A stretch of DNA of 64,000 nucleotides from Thermoproteota archaeon. Its GTDB lineage: Archaea; Korarchaeota; Korarchaeia; B14-G2. The notes beneath the pieces were generated by a model, which was not told where the DNA came from, searched no databases, and saw only the letters and a program-made list of their open reading frames with translations. Below, piece by piece: positions 54,526-63,537 of this stretch. Location of the stretch: contig JAVCBW010000034.1 in assembly GCA_037917675.1 (NCBI GenBank), positions 32,001 through 96,000 on the forward strand, read 5' to 3'. The position numbers were made by a program, and so were the translations under genes. Position 1 is the first letter of the stretch, and each line of letters begins with the position of its first letter.

Positions 54526-57007
54526 GAGGATAGCAGTCAGGAACTTCATCACATATGAGGAAGCTGACATAGACCTCAAGGGAAAGCATGCCATAGCAGT
54601 CTATGGAGACAATGGAGCAGGGAAGACAAAGCTCTTTGTAGATGCAGTCACGTTCGCCTTGTATGGTAGGACGTCAGCTCTAGAGCACAGGGGAGTCTCT
54701 AGAGCAGACTTGATCATGCCAGGTAAGCCATATGCCAGTGTGAGGCTAGTCCTCAAGTTAGCTGGGGAGCGATATGAGGTCTATAGGGAGGTGAGCAGGT
54801 CAGGGAGCACAAAGCTCACGGTATCGAGGCTCACAGGAGGAAGGAGGTCTCTTATAGCATCAGGGGCAGCTGAAGCTGGGAGGTATATAGCTGAGAAGCT
54901 CCTTGGGATGAGCTACGAGACATTTGTGTCGACAGCTGTCATAAGGCAAGGTGAGGTAGAGAAGTTCTCAGAGATGACTCCCTCGGAGAGGAGGCATACC
55001 CTGCTAGAGGCATTCGGCCTCTCACTAGAGAAGGCTAGAGAGGCCCTGAGGGAGAGGCTTCGATCGATCGAGGTGGAGGAGGCTAGGTTTTCAGGTGAGC
55101 TGGAGCACGTTGAGAGAGAGCTCAAGAAGATCCCTGAGCTCGAGAGCTCTCTGAGAGAGGCTGAGAGCAAGCTAAGTGAGGCAGTAAGGGAGGCTAGGGA
55201 GGCTGAAGCTCAGCTGAAGGAGGCTGAGGCTAGAGAGAGGGAGCTGGAAAAGGAGAGGCTCAGGCTAGCAGAGGAGAAGGCGAGGCTAGAGGAGGCTTTC
55301 AAGAGGGTAAGTGAGCTGGAGAGCAAGGTGGAGAAGGCTAGAGAGGAAGCTGAGGAGCTCGCTAAGCTAGCTGAAAGAGAGCAGGAGCTCATGGAAGAGC
55401 TAAGGAGGATGGCGGTGAAGAGGGGCATGCTAGAGGAGGCTCTGAGGCTGAAGAGAGAGGAGATGGAGGCTGAGAGAGAGCTCAAGCCGAAGATAAACTC
55501 CTTGGAGTCAGAGCTCAGGTCGATAGACTCCAGGATCCAGGAGCTCAAGAGGAGGCTAGAGGAGAAGGATAAGGCTGAGGTGGAAGTGGAGGAGGCGAGG
55601 AAGGCAGCTGGGGAGGCGAAGAGGGCTGAGGATGAGCTGAAGAAGGCCAGAGAGGAGAGGGATGCTGCCCAGAGAGAGCTTAACGCTGCTGAGAGGAAGA
55701 TGCGTGAGCTCAAGCTCTTCCTAGAAGAGCTATCCAGGGGAGAGGTGAGAGAGTGTCCCCTCTGCTTCTCTAGGATAACAGGGGATAGGCTCCAGCACAT
55801 AGCTGAAGCACACAGGAGAGAGCTCAGCGAGATAGAGAGCAGAGTGGCTCTGGAGGAGCAGAGGCTCAAGAGAGCTGAAGAGGAAGTCAAGGCCATAGAG
55901 CAGAGGAGGCTAAGCTTCCTCGAGAAGGCTGCTAGGCTAGAGCTTCTAGAGGAGAAGCTTAGGGAGATGCTTGAGGCTGAGAGGGAGCTTGAGAAGCTAG
56001 CTACATCAAGGGAGCTGATAGAAGGCCAGCTGTCATCTGCTAGAAGGCAGCTAGAGGAGAGGCTGAGTGCCATAAGGGAAGAGGCCTCCAGGAGAGGGCT
56101 TCCTCTCGAGGTAGATGCTAGAGCTTTAGAGGAGCAGGCTAAGAAGGCAGCTGAGCTAGAGGAGTCTGTTAGAGCAGAGCTGGATAGAGCTAGGGAGGCT
56201 AGAGCCAGAGCAGAGGAGAGGAGGAGAGAGCTAGCTGGCCTAGAGTCCCAGCTTGAGGAAGCTAGGGAGGAGGCTAAAAGGCTCAAGCCAGCTGAAGCCA
56301 GATATGAGGCTGTAGCTAGAGAGCTAGATGAAGTGAGGGGGAGGAAAAGCGAGCTGGAGGAGAAGCTCGCAGAGGTGAGGCAGAGGCAGGCTAAGCTCAC
56401 ACAGATGGCAGATGACTTGAGGAAGAGGCTTGCTAACCTCAATGAGATGAGGCAGGTAGCAGATGACTTGAGGAAGAAGATCGCTAGCCTCAACGAGATG
56501 GAGGAGGTGTACACGGTACTCAGAGACAAGGTGTTCCATGATAGAGGGCTCCCCCTAGAGCTTCTCAGGACACAGATAGAGGCCCTGAACGCACATGTAC
56601 AGCACTACCTAGACAGCTTCACAGGAGGGTCTCTCAGAATAAACCTAGATGCGACAGATGAGGGAGAGGTGGAGGTGAGCGTATATGATGAAGCCAGGAT
56701 GAGGCCAATACACACCTTCTCAGCTGGAGAGAAGACCATGCTAGGGTTCTCGCTGAGGCTGGGGCTGATGAAGGCCATAGCTCAGGCTAGGGCAGCAAGG
56801 ACGCTAGGCCTCCTGATAGTAGACGAAGGCTTCTCCTCACTAGACCAAGACAAGAGAAGCACTCTAGGAGCAATAGTATCAAGCCTGACAAGGGAGTTTG
56901 ATGTCATAATAGCGATATCACACATGCCTGAGATAAGAGAGTACTTCCCATACTCTGTGAGAGTAGAGAAGAGAGATGGGAGAAGCAAGGCTACACCAGA
57001 GTGGTAG
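54518..57007 (+). CDS. rad50: Rad50/SbcC SMC-family ATPase
   Basis: GDNGAGKT, Q-loop RQGE, coiled coil with CPLC hook, FSAGE, DEGFSSLD, ISH. Confidence 0.94.
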   Translation: MLERIAVRNFITYEEADIDLKGKHAIAVYGDNGAGKTKLFVDAVTFALYGRTSALEHRGVSRADLIMPGKPYASVRLVLKLAGERYEVYREVSRSGSTKLTVSRLTGGRRSLIASGAAEAGRYIAEKLLGMSYETFVSTAVIRQGEVEKFSEMTPSERRHTLLEAFGLSLEKAREALRERLRSIEVEEARFSGELEHVERELKKIPELESSLREAESKLSEAVREAREAEAQLKEAEARERELEKERLRLAEEKARLEEAFKRVSELESKVEKAREEAEELAKLAEREQELMEELRRMAVKRGMLEEALRLKREEMEAERELKPKINSLESELRSIDSRIQELKRRLEEKDKAEVEVEEARKAAGEAKRAEDELKKAREERDAAQRELNAAERKMRELKLFLEELSRGEVRECPLCFSRITGDRLQHIAEAHRRELSEIESRVALEEQRLKRAEEEVKAIEQRRLSFLEKAARLELLEEKLREMLEAERELEKLATSRELIEGQLSSARRQLEERLSAIREEASRRGLPLEVDARALEEQAKKAAELEESVRAELDRAREARARAEERRRELAGLESQLEEAREEAKRLKPAEARYEAVARELDEVRGRKSELEEKLAEVRQRQAKLTQMADDLRKRLANLNEMRQVADDLRKKIASLNEMEEVYTVLRDKVFHDRGLPLELLRTQIEALNAHVQHYLDSFTGGSLRINLDATDEGEVEVSVYDEARMRPIHTFSAGEKTMLGFSLRLGLMKAIAQARAARTLGLLIVDEGFSSLDQDKRSTLGAIVSSLTREFDVIIAISHMPEIREYFPYSVRVEKRDGRSKATPEW
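56408..56509 (+). repeat. 51-bp imperfect tandem duplication in the rad50 coiled coil
   Basis: ADDLRKRLANLNEMRQV / ADDLRKKIASLNEMEEV; first 18 nt identical. Confidence 0.85.
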
Positions 57008-57048
57008 AGCTGCTGTAGCCACGAGCCTGAGGCTACAGGAAGGCAGCT
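57008..57048 (+). terminator. Hairpin after rad50
   Basis: CTGTAGCC-N10-GGCTACAG with outer AGCTG/CAGCT; no U tract. Confidence 0.3.
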
Positions 57049-57182
57049 TAAACACTAGATGAGGCCCTGCTAGGCATCTGAGCTCTCTGGTAGCAGCTTA
57101 AGCCTAGCTAGAGCACAGAGGTGCTATCCTGCTATAGGTGGTAAAGCTTATCTGGCTGCTGCCCTAGCGTACTGGTGCCTGG

Positions 57183-57824
57183 TTGAAGGTCAAGCTGATT
57201 GCTGTAACCTGCCCTCTAATCGGAGAGGGCGGGCAGGAGAAGCTTATAGCTTCAGCTGCTAGATGCTGCTGGAGTAGCAAGCCAATCGAGGAGATCTATG
57301 AGTCCATGAGCGGAGACAGAGTCAGGCTTTTCCTGGAGAAGCTCATGAAGCTAGAGCATCTAAGCCCATTTGAGCATGTCTCTCTAACATTCTACATTGA
57401 GGGGATCAGTAGGGTGACGAGCCACCAGCTTGTCAGGCACAGGATAGCTAGCTACAGCCAGCAGTCACAGAGGCATGTTAGGATTGAGGAGGGTAGCTTC
57501 ATAACTCCACCTTCAATCGAGAGGGTGCCTGCTGCTGCTAAGCTGTTTAAGGAGGCTGTAGAGAGGTGCATGCAGGCTTACATGAAGCTTATAGAGCTCG
57601 GGGTCCCGATGGAAGATGCTAGATATGTTGTACCTCAGGCTGTGAAGACGAACATAGTTGTCACGATGAATGTCAGGGAGCTTCTACACTTCTTCAAGCT
57701 CAGGCTGGCTCCAGACGCTCAGTGGGAGATCAGAGAGATGGCTCTTGAGATGCTGAAGCAGGCAGCTGAGCTCTTGCCTACAGTCTTCAAGCCTCTACTG
57801 GAGAGCTTACCTCAAGGTAGGTGA
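57183..57824 (+). CDS. thyX: Flavin-dependent thymidylate synthase
   Basis: HLSPFEH, HQLVRHRIASYSQQSQR, EDARY, AQWEIR. Confidence 0.96.
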   Translation: MKVKLIAVTCPLIGEGGQEKLIASAARCCWSSKPIEEIYESMSGDRVRLFLEKLMKLEHLSPFEHVSLTFYIEGISRVTSHQLVRHRIASYSQQSQRHVRIEEGSFITPPSIERVPAAAKLFKEAVERCMQAYMKLIELGVPMEDARYVVPQAVKTNIVVTMNVRELLHFFKLRLAPDAQWEIREMALEMLKQAAELLPTVFKPLLESLPQGR

Positions 57825-58852
57825 GCTTGGCTGCCCTAGTGTCATTTGGGGCAGTTGAGCCACATGGCCCACATCTACCATATGGAACTGACACAATGGC
57901 TGCACTGTGGCTTTCAGAGCACCTCTCAGCTGAGCTGGAGGCAGCACTGCTCCCAGCTGTCTCATATGGTGTCGTGAGCAGCCTCCTAGCATACCCCCTA
58001 GCTGTGACCATCTCACCAGAGGCTCTCAGGGAGATAGCTCTGTCGATGGCTGAGCTAGCCTTGAGCTCAGGCTACAAGGCCATAGTCTACGTCAACGGCC
58101 ATGGAGGGAACACTGACGTCTTACTCCAGCTAGTGAAGGAGCTGAGCAGAGAGAGGCAGGTGTATGCTGCCCTAATAGAGTTGTGGCATCTAGCCTCAGA
58201 TGTAACGAGGCTGGTCTTCGGCTATGAGGGAGGCCATGCTGCTGTAGATGAGGCTGCAGTAGTGCTAGCTAACGCCCCACAGCTAGTAGCAGAAGTAGAT
58301 GTAAGCTCACATAAGGTAACCTGGAGGTCTGGAGTCAGAGCATATCCATCACCTGCCCCAGTCATACTATACTCGAGCAGAAGCAGCCCGAATCCACCGC
58401 CTAGAGAGAAGGCTCACATCTACTGGAAGCTAGTCTGCAGGAGAGCTAAGCTTACACTGCAGGAGATCCTAGAGGGGTGGCTAGCTCTAGGCCTCCAGCA
58501 CAGGCCGCCAGCAAGGTGGCCTCAGAGGTTCAGCCCTAGCTCTCCACTGCTATCTGAGCTCAGCTTATCAGAGGTATCCAGCATGCGATTGAAATCAGCC
58601 TCCATACCAGTGCTAGAGTGCTCTACACCAGAGAGCTATGAGAGCGAGCTCAAGCAGGCAGCTGAAGCAGCATCCACAGACATAGTCCTCCCACCTCTAC
58701 CAGCATATAAGCCAGCATGGCTACCCAGAGCATTGAGGGAGATAGCTCTCTCCCTCAGGAGGCATGGAGTAGAGGAGATACAGGCTGTATGTAGTAGAGG
58801 CTTGAGGCAGCAGGCATCTAAGGCCAGAGGAGTAGAGGTCATAACACTCTAG
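57821..58852 (+). CDS. Creatininase-family amidohydrolase with C-terminal extension
   Basis: EPHGPHLPYGTD, NGHGGN, GHAAVDE. Confidence 0.88.
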   Translation: MSLAALVSFGAVEPHGPHLPYGTDTMAALWLSEHLSAELEAALLPAVSYGVVSSLLAYPLAVTISPEALREIALSMAELALSSGYKAIVYVNGHGGNTDVLLQLVKELSRERQVYAALIELWHLASDVTRLVFGYEGGHAAVDEAAVVLANAPQLVAEVDVSSHKVTWRSGVRAYPSPAPVILYSSRSSPNPPPREKAHIYWKLVCRRAKLTLQEILEGWLALGLQHRPPARWPQRFSPSSPLLSELSLSEVSSMRLKSASIPVLECSTPESYESELKQAAEAASTDIVLPPLPAYKPAWLPRALREIALSLRRHGVEEIQAVCSRGLRQQASKARGVEVITL

Positions 58853-59055
58853 CCAGCTTAGCCATGCTAGCTACTGGAGTCAAGCAGGCTGCCCACTCAG
58901 CTCACGCCAGCTGCCTCCACAATGCTATCACACTAAAGTAAGCCTGTTTGCTAGGCCTCAAGCTCATGCGCCATGCTGAGGCTATGCAAGCTGACAGGTG
59001 GAGCATGCAGTTGTCTGCTAGCTTAAGGCATGTGCTCTAGGATGCTTCACAAGAC

Positions 59056-60156
59056 CTATATCTCTACACCCAAGGCTAGTGAAGCTAGTCTTCCTATAGT
59101 GAATACTGCTGCAGCTGCCCCTAAGCCTACAGCAACCATCTCAGCTATCTTTCCCAGCGGCGAGAGGCCTGCTGAGACTGCTATGATGAAGCCTGTTGAT
59201 GCAAGGGCTAAGCTAGCTAGCATCAGTGAGAGTGGTATTGCTGCTGTCGTCGAGAGCCCTAGGATATAGGGGAATAGAGGTATGAATGCTCCTAGGATAT
59301 AGAAGAGGCCTGTATATGCTGCTGACTCCCCTGGGCTCTCTAGAGCCTCCTCTCTGACCCCATGCTCCTCTTCTGCTAGCACCATCGCTAAGAGCTCTGG
59401 CTTCACTGAGGCTTCTCTCGCAGCTTCCTCTGAAAGCTCTCTGCTATAGCCCTTCTTGAGCATGAGCTCTGCTATTCTCCCTCTGAGAGCGTGAGGAATG
59501 TGGCGTGCTGCAGCCTTAACTCTTCTCAGCGCCTCCTCACGTACTTGCCTCTGCGACTTCACGCTCACATACTCCCCTATAGCCATCGATAGGCTCCCAG
59601 CTACACCTACTATCATGCCGCCCAAAGCCACATGCAAGGGGTTATTGTATGCTCCAGCTAGCCCAGCTGTGACTGAAAGCACTTCTACCAGCCCATCGTT
59701 CATCCCTAGGACAGCCTCCCTCACATGGGCTAGGAACCTCTTGAGCTTCGACTCCTCTTCCTCAAGTTCCTCCTCATGGACAAGCTCGTCTTCAAGTATC
59801 CTCTCAAGCTTGCTCTTCTCGCTTTCAGAGAGCTCAGGGCTCTCAATGACCTTGGAGTACATCTCTATAGCTCTCTTCTCCCCTGCCTCAAGGATCTTGA
59901 GCATCAGCCCTAGGCCTAGGAGCCTGGAGGCGATAGCATATGCCATTAGCCTCCACCTGGCCTTCAGCTCAGGCCTAATGCCTCTGTCCTCTAGGAGGCT
60001 CCTCCAGAACTCAGCGTGCTTCTCCTCCATCTCAGCCATCCTAGCTAGCTTCTCTCTTAAGCTACCATGATATAGGGTAGCAAGCATCCTGTAAGCTGAG
60101 GCTGCAAGCATCTCTTCTCCTAGAGCCACCTTAGCGGCCTCAATTACATCAGCCAT
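59056..60156 (-). CDS. Rubrerythrin/ferritin-like domain fused to VIT1/CCC1 iron transporter
   Basis: EEKH and ELVHE di-iron motifs; VLGMNDGL, SMAIGEYVS. Confidence 0.92.
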   Translation of the reverse strand: MADVIEAAKVALGEEMLAASAYRMLATLYHGSLREKLARMAEMEEKHAEFWRSLLEDRGIRPELKARWRLMAYAIASRLLGLGLMLKILEAGEKRAIEMYSKVIESPELSESEKSKLERILEDELVHEEELEEEESKLKRFLAHVREAVLGMNDGLVEVLSVTAGLAGAYNNPLHVALGGMIVGVAGSLSMAIGEYVSVKSQRQVREEALRRVKAAARHIPHALRGRIAELMLKKGYSRELSEEAAREASVKPELLAMVLAEEEHGVREEALESPGESAAYTGLFYILGAFIPLFPYILGLSTTAAIPLSLMLASLALASTGFIIAVSAGLSPLGKIAEMVAVGLGAAAAVFTIGRLASLALGVEI

Positions 60157-60213
60157 CTCAGCCCCCCAGCTTACTAGATGACTCTTTAAATCATCTGTCT
60201 TGAGATCTCTAGG

Positions 60214-60807
60214 GTGGCCTTGGAGTTCAGGAAGATCAGGAAGATCCTCCTAGGGGCTGACTGGAGGTATGCTAGTGAGAGGGAGGAGGGAGCTTACGTC
60301 TATATGCTCATGGAGCTCAAGCCAGAGGATGCTAAGCCAGCTATAGAGGCAGCTAGAGAGAAGGTGAAGAAGACTCTGGGGTCATCTGTCAAGATCAAGC
60401 CTTTGGCTCCAGACAGGCTAGAGGACTTAGTCCACGTGTTCAATAGGTCTATGCTCACTGCCCCAGACCCATACCAGCCTATAGCCATCGAGGAGGCTAG
60501 GAGGCTCCCTATGGAGAGCACGTTCATAGCATATCTCGGTAGCAAGCCGGTTGGCTTCATAATCTGCACCCTAGAAGGCAAGACTGGAGTCATAGCTGGG
60601 ATAGGAGTTGATCCAGCTTACCAGAGGCGTGGCATAGCTACAGCTCTAGCTCTCGCAGCTACAGAGTACCTCGCTAGGAAGGGTGTTGAGAGGGTTGTAT
60701 GCGAGGTCTATGAGGGGAACAAGCCTAGCCTGAGCTTCATAAGAGGCTTCGGCTTCAGGGAAGCTGGGAGGCGATATGTCTTGAAGGCTCCTAGAGCAGG
60801 TAGCTAG
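60214..60807 (+). CDS. GNAT acetyltransferase
   Basis: GVDPAYQRRGIA, N..S..F..GF. Confidence 0.88.
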   Translation: MALEFRKIRKILLGADWRYASEREEGAYVYMLMELKPEDAKPAIEAAREKVKKTLGSSVKIKPLAPDRLEDLVHVFNRSMLTAPDPYQPIAIEEARRLPMESTFIAYLGSKPVGFIICTLEGKTGVIAGIGVDPAYQRRGIATALALAATEYLARKGVERVVCEVYEGNKPSLSFIRGFGFREAGRRYVLKAPRAGS

Positions 60808-60841
60808 CCATAACAGTTTTGACTACCATAGCTTTAGGCTC

Positions 60842-61855
60842 ATGGCTGATAGCATGAGGAAGCCTAGGCTCTATATGACTAGGCTTATCCCTGAGAGAGG
60901 GCTCAGCAAGATAAGAGAGAGGTTTGAGGTAGAGGTGTGGCCTGAGGAAGCTCCTCCACCAAAGGAGGTGATAGTAGAGAAGGTTAAGGGGAAGGATGCG
61001 CTCGTCTCGCTGCTCACAGACAAGATAGATGCTGAGGTCATGGATGCATCCCCAAACCTGAGGATAATAGCTCAGTATGCTGTCGGCTTCGACAACATAG
61101 ATGTGGAGGCTGCAACTGAACGCGGCATATATGTGACGAACACACCTGGTGTCTTGACTGAGACAGTAGCTGACTTCACGTTCGCACTGCTATTCGCTGC
61201 AGCGAGACGTGTAGTTGAGGCAGACAGGTATGTACGGGAAGGCAAGTGGAAGGTAGGCTGGCACCCAATGATGCTGCTAGGCTATGACATATATGAGAGG
61301 ACTCTCGGCATAGTAGGCTTAGGGAGGATAGGGTCAGCTGTAGCTAGGAGGGCTAAAGGCTTCAGGATGAAGGTCATATACTATGATGTCGAGAGGAGAC
61401 CTGAGCTTGAGAGGGAGCTTGGAGTGGAGTATAGGCCCCTAGATGAGCTGCTCAGAGAAGCTGACTTCGTGAGCCTACATGTCCCACTCACACCAGAGAC
61501 TAGGCACATGATAGGTGAAAGGGAGCTAAGGATGATGAAGAAGACAGCTATACTCGTAAACACAGCTAGGGGGCCTGTAGTGGATGAGAAGGCCCTCTAT
61601 AGAGCTCTCAAGGATGGCTGGATTGCTGCAGCTGCACTCGATGTCTTCGAGCAGGAGCCTACCCCCATAGACAACCCTCTACTCAAGCTAAGCAACATAG
61701 TAGTAGCTCCACACATAGCTAGTGCGAGCTTCGAGACCAGATCTAGGATGGCTGAGATGGTAGCTGAGAACCTCATAGCATTCCTAGAGGGGAAGGTGCC
61801 TCCAAACCTCGTTAACAAGGAGGTTGTAGAAGTCAGGAAGCCAGGGTTCAGCTGA
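60842..61855 (+). CDS. gyaR: Glyoxylate reductase (D-2-hydroxyacid dehydrogenase)
   Basis: AVGFDNID, NTPGVLT, GLGRIG, NTARG, LDVFEQEP, PHIAS. Confidence 0.9.
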   Translation: MADSMRKPRLYMTRLIPERGLSKIRERFEVEVWPEEAPPPKEVIVEKVKGKDALVSLLTDKIDAEVMDASPNLRIIAQYAVGFDNIDVEAATERGIYVTNTPGVLTETVADFTFALLFAAARRVVEADRYVREGKWKVGWHPMMLLGYDIYERTLGIVGLGRIGSAVARRAKGFRMKVIYYDVERRPELERELGVEYRPLDELLREADFVSLHVPLTPETRHMIGERELRMMKKTAILVNTARGPVVDEKALYRALKDGWIAAAALDVFEQEPTPIDNPLLKLSNIVVAPHIASASFETRSRMAEMVAENLIAFLEGKVPPNLVNKEVVEVRKPGFS

Positions 61856-62645
61856 GGAGGCACCTCCTCACAATATTTCTCCTGTCAATCATCCCAGCTA
61901 GCAGGTCTTCTTCATCTAGCACTGGGAGAGCTGGAGTTCTCTCTTCAACCATGACTTCAGCTGCCTCCCCAAGAGTCTGGCTGAGCTTGACATAAGGTGG
62001 GTTCTGGATCATTATGTCCTCCATCCTGATGAGCCTAAGCCTCTCCTTAAGCTGAGCTGGAAGCTGTGTCTCCTTCCTCAGCTGGATCAGGGCCTTGGCT
62101 ACCTCTCTCTCAGTTACAAGCCCGACAAGCTGCTCGCCTTCTATAACAGCTAGAGCCTTGATGTTCCAGGTGAACATGAGCTTTCTCACATGGAGCAGAG
62201 TAGAGCTTGACTTAACAGAGGCTATGCTGCCAGCAAGCCCTTCCCTGACAGGGTTCCTGCATCCCACGCAGGCCTTGAGTACATCTGTGAGTGTCAGTAT
62301 TCCTATAAGCTGTCCCTTATCCACTACAGCTAGAGAGCTGACGTTCTTCTCAAGCATCTCCCTAGCAGCTCTCTTAAGTGGGGTTTTCGGAGAGACTGAG
62401 GCCAAGCCCTCTGAACACACTGAGATGACTCTTATCTTTGAGAGCACAGCTTGAGCTGTCTTCAGTGAAGCTAGCCTATCGACGAGGTCTCTGAGCGTGA
62501 CCATGGCGAAGGGCTCTCCCTCTCTCGTAACCACCACACGGGATATGTTGTGCTTCTCCATGAGCTCGAAGGCCTCAGAGACTGGTGCGCTCTTATCTAT
62601 AGTTATGACAGGCTTGCTCATATAGCCTTCTACAGTAGCCTTCAC
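61848..62645 (-). CDS. CBS-domain protein (four CBS repeats)
   Basis: Repeated M..PV, GILTLTD and GLVTERE CBS motifs. Confidence 0.9.
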   Translation of the reverse strand: MKATVEGYMSKPVITIDKSAPVSEAFELMEKHNISRVVVTREGEPFAMVTLRDLVDRLASLKTAQAVLSKIRVISVCSEGLASVSPKTPLKRAAREMLEKNVSSLAVVDKGQLIGILTLTDVLKACVGCRNPVREGLAGSIASVKSSSTLLHVRKLMFTWNIKALAVIEGEQLVGLVTEREVAKALIQLRKETQLPAQLKERLRLIRMEDIMIQNPPYVKLSQTLGEAAEVMVEERTPALPVLDEEDLLAGMIDRRNIVRRCLLS

Positions 62646-63470
62646 CTAAACACCTCCAAGCATTCTCACTATATCAGTTTTCGTCACCATCCCAGCTAGA
62701 GCTCCTCTTGAGTCTAGGACTGGAAGCCCACTATATCCTGTTTCCACCATGACTCTAGCTGCCTCAGCTAGCTTCCAGTCTAGGCTTGCTGTCACAGCAT
62801 CTCTGTCCATGACCTCACCGACTCTCAGGCTCCCAAGCTCCTCAGAGATCCTCCCAGCATCCGTATCTAATACAGCGACCTTCCTCTTCCTCTCTAGGAA
62901 AACGAGAGTTCTCAGCCCAACCATGCCAGCTAGCTCCTCTCCCTCAGTGACACATAGGCTCTTCACGCCCTTAGAGAGCATGATGTCAGCTGCCCTGCTC
63001 ACGCTAGCCATTGGAGAGACTCTCACAGCTTCACTCATAGCTTCTCTCATGCTGTGGCTAGTTGGGTGCTCAGCATAGAATCTAGCTGCATCAGTCTTCG
63101 TAAAGACTCCAGCAGGCCTACCTCCATCTAGGACAAGCAGCCCACTCACCTGCCTCTCAGCCATGAGCCTGCATGCCTCAGAGATGCTGTCTCCTGGCTC
63201 ACATGACAGGAGGGGGCCTCTTGTCATAGCTCTTGTCACAACCATGTCTGAGAGAGGCCTCCACTTCCATACAGCTTTCTTCCTCACAAGCCTCTTGAGC
63301 ACGTCAGTCATCGTGACAACACCTATGATCCTGTCTTCCTCGTCGACAACAAAAGCTCTTGAGATGTCTTTCGTAAGGAACAGGTTCATCAGGTGCCCTA
63401 TTGTGTCATTGACCCCAACACAGAAGATCTCCTCTGTCATGTAGTCTCTGATAGCATAGCTTGACGCCAC
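62646..63470 (-). CDS. CBS-domain protein (four CBS repeats)
   Basis: GVVTMTD, GVFTKTD, LPVLD..GMVTKTD. Confidence 0.9.
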   Translation of the reverse strand: MASSYAIRDYMTEEIFCVGVNDTIGHLMNLFLTKDISRAFVVDEEDRIIGVVTMTDVLKRLVRKKAVWKWRPLSDMVVTRAMTRGPLLSCEPGDSISEACRLMAERQVSGLLVLDGGRPAGVFTKTDAARFYAEHPTSHSMREAMSEAVRVSPMASVSRAADIMLSKGVKSLCVTEGEELAGMVGLRTLVFLERKRKVAVLDTDAGRISEELGSLRVGEVMDRDAVTASLDWKLAEAARVMVETGYSGLPVLDSRGALAGMVTKTDIVRMLGGV

Positions 63471-63537
63471 CAGGCTATCCCCTACACCCTAGAGGCTAGC
63501 ATTTAAAGGCTATACCCAGCTTTCAATAGGGGTCAGC

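Noticed and set aside
55210-56529. 439-aa Ser/Leu-rich minus-strand ORF
   Set aside because: Antisense shadow of the Glu/Arg-rich rad50 coiled coil
108-63444. Many 60-240 aa antisense or alternate-frame ORFs in the track
   Set aside because: They overlap well-supported genes, lack motifs and follow from the codon bias
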